A stretch of DNA of 63,874 nt, counting the filler, from Dugesia japonica (lineage: Eukaryota): the NCBI GenBank assembly GCA_001938525.1. It is 6 parts of 6 records of this genome, joined end to end, with 100 filler letters (N's around TTAATTAATTAA, not from the genome) between each part and the next. Parts side by side here need not be neighbours in the genome. Positions count along the whole stretch, not along the records: positions 45,004 to 53,731 come from MQRL01256153.1; positions 53,832 to 63,874 come from MQRL01597511.1; 4 more parts are not named here. One strand, written 5' to 3'. The translations under genes were made by a program, and so were the position numbers. The notes beneath the pieces were generated by a model. It saw only the letters and a list, made by a program, of their open reading frames with translations. It searched no databases and was not told where the DNA came from. Below, one piece after another: positions 52,453 through 63,874 of the stretch (position 1 is the first letter of the stretch; every line of letters starts with the position of its first letter).

Positions 52453-52489
52453 CAATTCGACATTTCGACCTTGTCTTCGTCAGGAATTG
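52453..52489 (-). ncRNA. Minimal type I hammerhead ribozyme, inverted partner copy
   Basis: CAAUUC-CUGACGA-AGACAAGGUC-GAAA-U-GUC|GAAUUG; lies in the left arm of inverted repeat 52394-52492 / 52527-52626. Confidence 0.75.
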
Positions 52490-52529
52490 ACTTCTTTTAA
52501 AAAGTCAAAAAAGTCAATTAAAATAAAGT

Positions 52530-52566
52530 CAATTCCTGACGAAGACAAGGTCGAAATATCGAATTG
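52530..52566 (+). ncRNA. Minimal type I hammerhead ribozyme (Penelope-like element)
   Basis: CAAUUC-CUGACGA-A-GAC AAG GUC-GAAA-UA-UC|GAAUUG: stem I 6 bp, stem II 3 bp, conserved core with one extra A, vestigial stem III. Confidence 0.75.
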
Positions 52567-53429
52567 TTATCCAATTTCAATAAAAAAAGCCAAAACTTTG
52601 ATCAAAGCTTTTATATTAAATGAATACTCGTGTAAATGGGAAATATGTGTTTATTTATTTTTTATCACATTTCATTGAAGATCAATTAAAGCCTTTTATT
52701 ATTACAGTGGACTGGAGAGATATGACAAATACAATTAATTAAAACAATTTTATAAATAACAAGTCAATTAAATATTCCGTTATAATTCCTAAAACAATTT
52801 TAGATATCGACCTGCGACATTTTCATTCATAAAGCTGATTATTATCGCCAATAGATACTCCTACTGCTGTTTCATTTCTTTCAGAAATACGAGGACTCCA
52901 AAATAAAGGCTGTTATAATTTAAAAAAACAAACGGGCCAAATACAGTAAAATTCACGCTAGCCATATCACATTAGGTTTTATTTAAAATGAGTAAACTTC
53001 CATGACAATTTATAGACAGATTGTTTGGTGAAAATGATTAAATAAGTATAATAAGCTTACTGAAACAAATATTAAAATATTTATTTAAGAAAAATAACAT
53101 ATTAATAAAACTAAAATTTATTTTCTTCAACCAGAAACTTTCACTATTTTTTCAATATTATGGTTCACAGACTGAGGAAAAACAAACTATCTTAATCATG
53201 TCAGAGCAACTAAATATCGATCCTCTTAATAGGAGTATATTTTTCGACCTCATAATTCTCGATATTTGTTCTTTAAAGACGAATCATTTTGTAAATAAAT
53301 TGGTTCCAGTTTCATTGATTTAATAGATTTTTTGGCTTCAGTTAAAAGTGAAAAAATCGTCAAACCTAAAATATTTGAAACGTTTTTCGCATTAAATTTT
53401 TAAACCTTCAATTTTAACATAGATTTGTG

Positions 53430-53731
53430 AAAAAGAGTAACTTTGNCATTTAACTTTTAATATTCACATATGGAAAAATGCGTCAATTCAATCTTGTTCA
53501 AATATACTTTTACACATCTAGTTTTCCTACAAAACTTGTTGTCTTTACATTTTAATCTATAAGATATGGACAAATTCTCCAAGAGATGGAACGTAGTATT
53601 ATGTTTTTCAAGCCTGGATCACCATAATACAAATGGGCAAATCGAGAGACAGTTAAGAACAGTAAGGGATTTGCAAAATGTGACATTAGAAGACAGAAAG
53701 ACTAGATATTGAGCTGCACTGCTGCCGGGAA
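53430..53731 (+). pseudogene. Gypsy integrase core fragment
   Basis: FSSLDHHNTNGQIERQLRTVRDL (HPQTNGxxER-like). Confidence 0.6.
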
Positions 53732-54374
53732 NNNNNNNNNNNNNNNNNNNNNNNNNNNNNNNNNNNNNNNNNNNNTTAATTAATTAANNNNNNNNNNNNN
53801 NNNNNNNNNNNNNNNNNNNNNNNNNNNNNNNAGATTTGTCCGAAACATGTATTAAAAATAGATGTTTTTTAAAGAAATTGCGTTTTCTTATTGTATATAT
53901 ATAATAATATTTCTGTACGACTTGAAAAATGGTCACTAAATTCAGTGCATATTAAAATTTGATATTTATAATTTTAATATTTATCGATGATTACGTTTAA
54001 TTTGAAAAATTCTGATATATAAATAATTATAATATATATTTAGCATAATTAATCAAAAAGTCCATCAGGACCACTTTATTAATATTAATTTTAAAATCAA
54101 AATCAACGAAATATGTAATTTATTCAATTATATTAAACCAAAATGAAATATTAACAACCGAAACAAAAATTAAAATTTCCATTTATTAAAACAATTTATA
54201 ACGATAAATAACAAAAAGTTAATTAACATATTTTTAGTTTTTTTTTNNNNNNNNNNNNNNNNTATTAAATCCAAAATTATTCTCATTATTATTATTTAAT
54301 TTGTTATTCTAACTTTCCGACCGACAAAGATATTTTTTTTTTAAAAAATTAATCCAAATCAATTATTTCCAAAC

Positions 54375-54458
54375 CGTCAATGCATGAGACGATTTCAATG
54401 GCAATTGTAAATTTAAAAAAAGAACAATCAAAAGCAGAATATGAACAAAGGAATTCAT
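54375..54458 (-). CDS. Putative first coding exon (signal peptide) of a secreted/membrane host protein
   Basis: MNSFVHILLLIVLFLNLQLPLKSSHALT followed by phase-0 GT (gtttgg); TATA-like CTATATAAAG at 54839-54830 upstream. Confidence 0.45.
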
Positions 54459-56399
54459 ATTTTTTTTGATATAAAAAACGTAGTTTTTTTTTAATCTCAT
54501 CCTTTTAATCGTTGGAAAGATGATGGTATGTTTGTAATTCAGTTTGGCATTTTGTCATTGGATTTTGTTGAGAAGCACATCATGATAAATGTGTCGGATC
54601 AATATACCTACTCGACAAAAAAAATTGGTAGATAAATCAAGACTACATCAATACCGGCTTGACACAATCAGCTTTGAAGTGACTTGCTACCGAATTTCTG
54701 TTTTTAAAAAATCGGTCTGATAACACCGCTCCAATCCAACTGCAGAGACAAACAACAACAACAACAACACGGACGAAGAAAAACAACAACACTAGAAATT
54801 CTTACAGTTTTGTTTCCAGCCCGGGATTTCTTTATATAGAGAAAAACCGGTGTGTAAAATTCATAAATTGGTTGACTAGTTTAACACATGTCGCTCATAT
54901 CATTATGATTTTGTTTTAATATTCTAATCGTATTTTAATTAACTTTCATTAAATGTNNNNNNNNNNNNNNNNNNNNNNNNNNNNNNNNNNTTTTTATTAT
55001 GAAAATTGGAAACTGACCAGTTTCTTATAATGAAAAGAATTTTGTTCTTTAGACGTTGTATGTTTTGGAAATCGGATGTTATAATTTATAATTACAAGTT
55101 ATTTAATGATATATGATTATTTCATTTTCGGTAATTTTTTAAAGAAAACACTAAAAATTATTTAAATTTTAAAAATCATTTAATTTTCTAATTCAATTGA
55201 TTAAATGAAATTAATTAGAAAACTCATAAATAGNNNNNNNNNNNNNNTTAATAAATAATTGCCGTGCACACACACGCACACGCACAGATTTACTTTGATA
55301 ATTTTCAATGTAATTACGTTTTAATGAAGTCTGATATTGTAAATTCGTCTGGTTTCTTCAAAATTGATATACACAATGATTTTTGTGTTTATGCATAATT
55401 TAACAATTTTATTCTTTTAAGAAGAAACAATCGAAATTTGTTATTTATTTTTAACAAAATTGTTTGCCAATATTGTACGCGCTGGAATTTTCTGAAATTG
55501 TAGAATAAATTTGGTAGAAATCAATTCTGAAGAAATGTGTTTTTTTCAGATATCATCAATTTTTTTACTCCATTTTAACTAAGTGAACCAATTTTATCAT
55601 AGATACTATTTGATAGAAATTTCGTTGAAATGGAACAAAGTTTGTTTCAGTTTTTGCAGAGTATTCGATAAAATTAATCATAAAATGAGAACCATTATTT
55701 ACATGTAAATTATATTTGTTATATCAATTTTCTTACTATATTATTTTCCGTGTTATGAAAAATTATCTGAAATCATCATTTAACAGTATTCGTTTTGATG
55801 CAGCCTGTAAAACGATTGAAGTTATCGGAATCAATCTACATTGTGAAAAACCGCAGGATATTATCAGTATCGAAAGATTTTGATAACAAAACCAGATTTA
55901 AATTGAAGGATATTTATGATATGAAAAACAGAAATTGGCAGCTCAGACAAATACAATTATTGAAAACTGTTGTTTCGAAGACATTAGAAGAAATTCAAAA
56001 CGGTAAAGTTTGATTTTCCAATCTTCAGGATGACATTTTTAATGATCCCCGTGTATTTATTCTTGCTAGTTTCGTTTTTTTATTATCAAGGCTTTATAAG
56101 ACAACTCCATAAAGCAAATGGACATAAAATTCCGGTGATTTATTTTTATAATTTTGAGCTGAACGAAAAATGACGTCATGTCTAGAAATCATTTCATAAA
56201 AAATAAAATGCGTAGAAGACAGGTCAAAACTAGTTTCTCAAAATTTAGACACGCAGTGGTAAATGAGTTCATTTTTGATAGTGCAGATCACCAGCTAGCC
56301 AGCTAATTACAGCCTTCTGTCCTAGCAAGTATAAAAATAACGTAGCCATGATAAAAACTAATTTCAAACTGATTGCTGGCCAACTGAGTATTTAGCTAA

Positions 56400-58000
56400 T
56401 ATTATAATTGAAAAGTATGCGTTTAGAACTTTTGAAAAATAATAAATTCTCAATTCAGAATATTAATTAGCAATGGATTAAAAAAAGAAGTTTTCTTGCG
56501 CAGCAAATAGAAAGTGAAAAGCAGATACAGCTGAAGAATTGAAGAAAACATTATTGTGTTATTGAGAAATTTATAAAGCTTTCCTCAAATGGAAAATATT
56601 GAAAGTCAAACATTAAACAAAGTTTTTGAATAAATTTGAGAAGAAAAGCAATAGAAAGTTGACGAAATTGATAATCAAACCTAGTCTTCAGACACCACCA
56701 TTTTAGTACACCCGCCACTCGATCTAACCGAACCAATTTTTCAGCCCTTTTCTTTCTATTGATGATCATTTCAAATGACCTCACATTACTGATAAGTCAA
56801 GAATTATATTGACGGAGTCCAAACCTTTGATAGAAAGAAATGCTTTTCCCACGATATTTAGATAGCCGAAAATTCAGTAATTCTTATTAAAGCCGAAAAT
56901 TGGGAATCAGCACGCAAGATCATGGTAAGTGCATTCAAAGTCTTTAGATAATGTCATTTGTTGCAAGTTACTTTTCGTGTCTGGCCATGTAGAATCTTTA
57001 AGTAGTTTTGTATCATATGGTACACTTGTCTATGGCGCTCACTACACATGAACAAAAACAAATGTGCAGCATGTAGGGACTTTGTACGAATTTTAAAGTA
57101 AACTTATAGCAAAGAATACAATTGATGCACAAAATCAAAGATTACACGATACCGAAAAGAAACATTGGTCAGACCTAATCAAAAGACTGATTGAAATTTA
57201 AAGTTCCTTGGATCACAGTGTCTTAAGGGTTTAATTAAGAAGTTTTATGGAAGAAACAAAGACAATTTTCTAAACTTAATTGAGTTATCTGGAAATTTTG
57301 ATTTGCTTATAGCGGTTCACATTGATAGAGCACTTAAATCGGATTCAAGTTGTCACTATCTCAGCAAAAATATTCAAACGAAATTATTGGGTTCAGCGAT
57401 TAAGAAAACATCTTGTCTGTTATTAGAAAGTCAAAATATAATTCGATTATTTTAGACAACGCCAGATGTCAGCAGTACTGAACAAATGATTGTGATCATA
57501 CGACATGTGTCATGTCACTTCACGTAGAAGAACACTTTGTTGGATTTTTACCTATCAACAATTCAACAAACGAGGGCCTATGTGATACTGTCAGCAAAAC
57601 GTTAATTGAACGGAAGATTGATATAAAAATATGAGGTTTCAAGGATATAATAATGATTTAAACATTAAAGGTAATGAAAGGAACTTGCAGAATTTCATTT
57701 TAAGTCATAACTCAGGCGCATATTTTTCCTAGCACTGCTTATTGTTTAAATTTATTTGTGATTGACTCTGCTAAAGTCAACTGCTAAAGAGGCAATCGGT
57801 TTTTGTTCGAATTGTGCAAGAGTTTTATAATTTTTCTGAGCCTCGACAAAATGTTGGGCTTTTTCAAATGAATATATATTTACCTTCATTTAGAAGCTAT
57901 TCTCGGACATTATATAGAGCAGTCAAATTGAGGATTTTAAAAAACAACCAGGAGAAATATATGACGCTTTGTTTGAAACCAATTAACTGAAATACAGTTT
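56400..58000 (+). mobile_element. Decayed hAT (ZMYM1/Tip100-like) transposase
   Basis: HWSDLIKRLIEI, NFLNLIEL, HYLSKNIQ, SIILD.TPDVSSTEQMIVIIRHV, EEHFVGFLP, LNL; many frameshifts. Confidence 0.8.
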
Positions 58001-58700
58001 TTATGTTCCATCATCATTTCGTATGATTAATTGCTTAACATTAACCCAGTCAACAAGATGCTAAAAGTTCCTACTCAACGTATTTTTCGGGCTCTTGTAT
58101 ACTTAAAGACATATTTCTGCACAGATTTAGAAGGCAATCTTAATCTTAAGGCTGCAAATCAAGTAAGAGGACGTGCCATATATGAATTTGCAGAGAGGCA
58201 TAGGAATGTCTCAATCCGCCTGTTTTCTATAACATCCTTTTTTTGAAAATAATATCACCTAAATAAAATTTAATACATATTATTTCATTTCAATTGTCCT
58301 GTACGACATTTTAATACTATGACTTGTAGTAAAGATATATACATAAAAAAAACTGAAATAGACGGATTTATTTTACAAAAAAACAGTGATTTCATTTTAT
58401 TGATAAAGCTTGAATCTTGGCGGTATTATCGAGTTCTTCAGCTGAAATTACTGGTGGCCGTTTGTTTTCAAGGCCACACAAAATTGTTGATAAGTATTTG
58501 TCCTTTATCTGAAATAATTAATTGATATTTAAATATTTGTATTTCCTGTTTTAATTATTTTTTTCGCTATTGTGGTAAAAGATCTATCTTTGTATACAAG
58601 TATTTTATTTTCATAAAACCTTTGGAAGTGAGTGATGGTGTGTAGATCACTTGGAGGATCAATGAGCAATTATAAGAATTGAAACATGCATAATATATAT

Positions 58701-59008
58701 CAGGGGTCGTAAACTTTTCTTGGCAATAGGTAAAAATCCAGCAAAATTAGCCTTTTAAAAAATAATATTTGGGTATATCACATTTTTTTTATTTATCGCC
58801 TTTTTAGTGAATAAAAATGTCTATGTCTATTTTTCAAATATTTAAATAAACTCTAAATATAAATTTCTATCACGCTAAATTAGCGAAAATATTCAGTTCT
58901 GTTTACTATACTTAGTATTTAAATTACATATTAAAACCCCAAGTAGGCAACTAGGAGGGAGGTAATAGGTAACCTACTTACCCGCTGGTAATAGGTTTAC
59001 GACTCCTG
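58701..59008. mobile_element. hAT MITE
   Basis: TIR CAGGGGTCGTAAAC / GTTTACGACTCCTG with 8-bp TSD ATATATAT. Confidence 0.85.
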
Positions 59009-60245
59009 ATATATATCATGCTTAGTAAGATGTTTTAATAATGATGAGATACTTGAATCAAGAATAGCTATTTTGGATTTGCAAACGTTGCAACTTTTTT
59101 TATACTGTTGTTTTGACGAAAATATTAGCGTTGTGAAACAGTTCTAAACTTTTGATGTTTTCTTATGTGACATGGTATTACAAAAAAATAATTTAAATAA
59201 TTTAATCGATCATAATCAAAAAAGAAATATCGATTTATTTATATTTAAGACCATTTCATTCGATAATTGCTTATCTTGTAAGTTGCCGATGACGGATCAT
59301 AAGCAGTGATAAGTCTTTTCAACCTCGTGATGGTGTCAAACTAAACACTAACAAAAAGAACAAGTTCACAACACTCTTGACTCATTAGTTAAATATCAAT
59401 AGTTTCTAGAGTCTAATTATAGTGTGGTTATGGTACACAGTTATTCATTTTCAAAACTTGAAATTCTAGATACACGAACTTGGGTCCCAGATTAGAGTTC
59501 TTTATTTTTATTACTCAGTGGGTTTTGGTCCTGGTCGAGTCAGATCCAGAAACTCTAATTACGAAGGTCACTATTGAAAGTATTTGCACGGAAGAGGTAA
59601 ACTACCAAATTTATGTGTATGTTTTATGTTGACAGTACCATACTAATAAGCAATAAATAATTACTAACACCAAAAAAAGGTTGCCTATTTAAATGCGTTT
59701 AGTGCTTTCACTGTGGACAAGGAGAATAATGATTGACAGAATAATTCAGTTGACAGGTGACAATAAATTTTGAAATTTTGCGGTGTATAAATAGAATTGA
59801 AAAGAATTAGAATCTTTTGTTGGTATTTAAAATGTCCAATATTTTATATCTATGTTTCCAATACCAATATTTTTATTAAAAACCGCTGTTTCGGAATTAA
59901 TACAATACCAATACAATTTTCGGTATTAAAAATTTGGCTTAATATAGCATTTTGATTACTGATATTTTTGTTTTAAAACCAGAATTTCTGTATTAGTTCA
60001 ATACCGGTATTTTCGGTATCAATTTTACCAGGAAATACAGGGATTCCAGTTTCGGTAATTCCAAGATTGGAAGCTATATTCATATCTGAATCTCCAAAGT
60101 TCCATCCTTAAAATTTTCGACAAGTTTTTGAATTGAAAAGTAGTCCTTCAATATTTGGCCAGCCCACATATAAAATCAGTCTTAAAACAAACTTGAATTC
60201 GAACATATAATTTAATAATATTTAGTATATTCTGATAATTTAGAC

Positions 60246-60536
60246 CAGAGGTGCACAATATTTTTTATACGGGCCGTATCATCAGTTTAAATCAATGTCT
60301 TGGGCCATGCATGCAAAAATTTTGGACCACTGATATTATAGCTACTATACTATACTATATCATTCAAAAATTTAATATAGTACGGTTAAATTGTCATTTT
60401 GCAGCTAGTTGGTTGTATAAAATTATATTTCTATAAAAATATACATTTTTAATTTTTCATGGACTTGGATCTCGGGCCGCATGTAACATAGTTGAGGGCC
60501 ACATCCAGCCCGTCGGCCGTATGTTGTGCACCCCTG
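60246..60536. mobile_element. hAT (Charlie-like) MITE
   Basis: CAGAGGTGCACAATAT / ATGTTGTGCACCCCTG; 8-bp TSD ATTTAGAC / AATTAGAC. Confidence 0.85.
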
Positions 60537-60902
60537 AATTAGACTTTAATGCAGAGGACATCGCTAGCAATTGTCGGCGTTAGTACGCGCTAAAAAAAGA
60601 AGGACCATAATTGTAAAATAAAATTGTTCATTTATAAAATAAATTTATAATTTTTATTTTCATTTAATAATGTAGCAGTTAAATGAAATATAATAAAATA
60701 TGCAAAAATAATTCATTATTTTCAATTATTTATTAAAAAATATAATTTCATTTTAATTAATAAATTAAAAATTTTAAATTATTCAAAAAAACTTTTTGAG
60801 AATCTGCTTTAAATTTGGGTGCAATATTATTAATCTAATTATTACATTATTTACGTAGTCATAAAAATGAAACATTTAAAACTTACAGCGAAACTGTTTT
60901 AA

Positions 60903-61126
60903 CCCTTTATCTACTGGTGGTACTTATAAGTACCAATCACTTTAATACTATTTTAGCACAACAGCCATTACTTATATTCTGATGGTACGTTTTGGAAACA
61001 GTCTTTTAACTCTACTTTTTCATGATAGATGGCAGTAGTTGTTCTAGGCTGATGAATTTTGCGAGGAAAAAAGCTATTTTCGAATGGACATACTTTTGTG
61101 TAGTTCATAATGCAGTAGATAAAGGG
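60903..61126. mobile_element. piggyBac-type MITE
   Basis: TTAA|CCCTTTATCTACTG ... CAGTAGATAAAGGG|TTAA. Confidence 0.85.
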
Positions 61127-61184
61127 TTAAATTAATTTTGCAATTGAAACAATAAATAATGTATAACTAACTGCTATTATTATA

Positions 61185-61797
61185 TAATAACTGCAGACGA
61201 GACGCCATTGAGTATCTACATTTCTTACTCTAAAAGAGAGTCAAAGGAATGGATTTTCGAAAATGAGAAGCCATCCAAGGTATTTCGTGTAGGAATTTCG
61301 CATCGTAAATGTGCCATGTTGATCGTCTTTTGGGATAAAAATTGCATCGTGAAGTTAGATCTCATGAAACCCGAAGCATCCGACGCAAGAAAAGCAGCCA
61401 AGATCTTTATTTACTACATGAAAACGCTCCTATTTATACATCCATGAAAACACAAGAAACATTAACAAAAGCTGGATCATACTCCATACAATCCATATCT
61501 TGCACCAAGTGATTTCTGGTTGTCCAATCAACTAAAGAAACATATGCGAGGACATAAGTTTGTTTCAAAGAATGATATGAAAGATAATGTGACGAAATTC
61601 TACATGAAGAAGCATCAAATTATCTTTGAAAGGGGTTTCAGTGTAATGATCAACTGCTGGATAAAGTGCGTCAATGAAAACAGGGATTATGTCGAAAAAT
61701 GAGACCTATGAATGCATATTTATAGTTAATAAAAATTTTGTTGAGTTAACTTTATTATTTCTGGTAGAGTCTAAAAACCTTTAAGTCTTACAACGTA
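61185..61797 (+). mobile_element. Mariner 3' half
   Basis: ITADET, KRESKEW, MLIVFWD, HENAP, PYNPYLAPSDFWL, WIKCVNENRDYVEK*. Confidence 0.85.
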
Positions 61798-63874
61798 CAT
61801 ACTGAAGACCTTTAATTATGATAAGTTGATAACAAGTAACAAAATATCAAAAATTAATGAGGCCTTTAGTCAAAGCATGCATGCGGGCAAAGAATATCCT
61901 CGCACCGGCACTGTATGTATATAATTAAATTGATATATTTATCAATAATAATTTTCTAATATGCATGTTCTATTTATTGATTAATTCACCACAAAAATTT
62001 CAAATTCTCTTCAATAAAATAAACAACTCTAATAATTCTAAATAATATCTATAAATTCTTCTTATTCTTTAAAATTCGTCAATTTAAATTTCCCCTGATT
62101 TATAGAAAATATAACTTTTTTATTTCACAATATTTTTTATTGAAATTTATTATTTTTTTTTGTAAATATTCTGTTCCAAATCACAAAATTTTCCATTACA
62201 ATATTACATCCAAAATCAACAATGGTAATTAATCATTTTTTAACCGAATCACTAATTTGTAAAATTTTCTTAAAATTATTCATAACTCTAAATTTGAATT
62301 ATAAAAAAAAACTCAAGAAAAAATTTTTATTTTTGAAAAATTAACAAAAAGAAATTTTNNNNNNNNNNNNNNNNNNNNNNNNNNNNNNNNNNNNNNNNNN
62401 NNNNNNNNNNNNNNNNNNNNNNNNNNNNNNNNNNNNNNNNNNNNNNNNNNNNNNNNNNNNNNNNNNNNNNNNNNNNNNNNNCCCGAAAACCTAATAATCA
62501 ATAAAATGATATAGTTAATTTTTATTACTAATTGTATCGATAGGGATTTTGTTTATCTCGCAATCAGTTTTCTATGTCTTATATTTATTGCATAGTTGAT
62601 TTATCTATTTTAAGGATTACGAAGGAAACTATTAAACCCCGATAATCATGTGCCAGGCAATAATAACTAAAAATTATTTTTATTATAAATATTTCCATAA
62701 TATTAATTTTATCAGTTTTTTTATAGATTTTTTTGCTTAAAATTATTTTCATTATCAGCAAAATAAAATCAAATCTTAAATTTACTATGAAGTTGAAATA
62801 CAAAAAAATCCATTTTTTTTATATAATTAATCAATATTGATATTCGAAATCTTTTAATAGATAAATATTCGCAGTGACAGCTACCATCATATTCCTACTC
62901 ATTTATCCGTTAAGATTACAAAAAAAACATTTTATCTTCTAGTGAAAGTTAATATTGGCTCCTAAGTTCAGTCGGCATCAGCTTTTGATAATTTAGGAAT
63001 GGAAACAAAACTCCAATGACAAATTATTAATGAAATCTGATTTATAGGCCACATTATCCGCTATATTTATGTGTGAATGAAGTAATCTGTCAAAGCGGCG
63101 AGCTAGTGCATTGATAAATTTTCTGTCCTGCTCTTTTTCTATCACTCTCTGATTTTAGTTCGCTCACTATTTAATTCACATACAAACCCATATTTAAACA
63201 CATTTATGCACACATGCACACAGCAAAGAATGACATAGCCGTCAATTCTTGACGATGTTAATGTTGATGCAGTAAAATGCTGATTGACACGCATGCAGAA
63301 CTAATGATTGATTACTACCGATATCAGCTGATAAGCCAGTTTTATTAGAATAGCCGGTATACATCAAAATAAATTGTATGAAAATTGAATTCTCTACATT
63401 GGATATCTGTGATGACAGGCTTAATTGTGGGCAAATCAACCAGTTTCACTTTGATGTCGAGATGGAAGAAACGTCGTTATGGCCGACAATTTTTGTTAGA
63501 AGTGTATGCGTGTATGCGTTGCTCGTATGTATAATGGTCGCAGGGGTGTCAATGTATATTTGATGGACATGCAGTCAAGTGCCGAGAGAGTTCATTGCAA
63601 GATTGGGTGTAGCATACAATAAATATTGAATGATTGTCTGATATAGTCAATCAAATTTAGACAGTTCAGGGAATGGGGTGGATCACCGTGTTCATATAAC
63701 ACTGATTTCTGTAGTTTGGATTCATCACGGAATGTGAATAATGAGCACAGATCAATGGATAATGTGACCTATCTGACTGCATTGATTTGTTAATTTGTCT
63801 CAGAAAATCAATATATTTTCTAGTTTGTATTTCTATGAATAAACTTTGACTTAAAAGTGATATTTTGCACAATA

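Noticed and set aside
63000-63874. Short ORFs in a GC-richer block at the window end
   Set aside because: Overlapping ~60 aa ORFs on both strands with no motif; may be UTR or regulatory DNA, not supportable as CDS.

Overview
AT-rich eukaryotic draft-assembly window, probably a triclad planarian (inferred from the 18S fragment). It consists of six pieces joined by artificial N44-TTAATTAATTAA-N44 linkers, so adjacency across linkers is not evidence. The main feature is a decayed endogenous Polinton/Maverick (adintovirus-like) virion cassette at 13.6-20.8 kb. It carries a double-jelly-roll major capsid protein, a pX-like protein, a penton, an adenain protease, a fibre-like protein, a membrane protein with YPDL (and off-frame PTAP) late-domain-like motifs, and the C-terminus of a protein-primed PolB. 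A separate Polinton-type terminus lies at about 10.4 kb. A Ulp1-protease-bearing NeSL-type non-LTR retrotransposon sits inside a Gypsy integrase, flanked by an approximately 245 bp direct duplication. An 18S rRNA fragment interrupts the gag region of the same Gypsy. An LTR element has three unknown approximately 100-120 aa ORFs, each followed by AATAAA, beyond its PBS/LTR end. Penelope-type minimal hammerhead ribozymes occur in inverted pairs. There are many mariner, hAT, piggyBac and pogo remnants and MITEs. One clear host gene (SOGA/MTCL family, 7 exons visible, minus strand) has an extra N-terminal C-x10-C-x2-C-x6-H motif, and there is a possible signal-peptide first exon at 54.4 kb. All calls come from reading motifs by eye; no searches were run.
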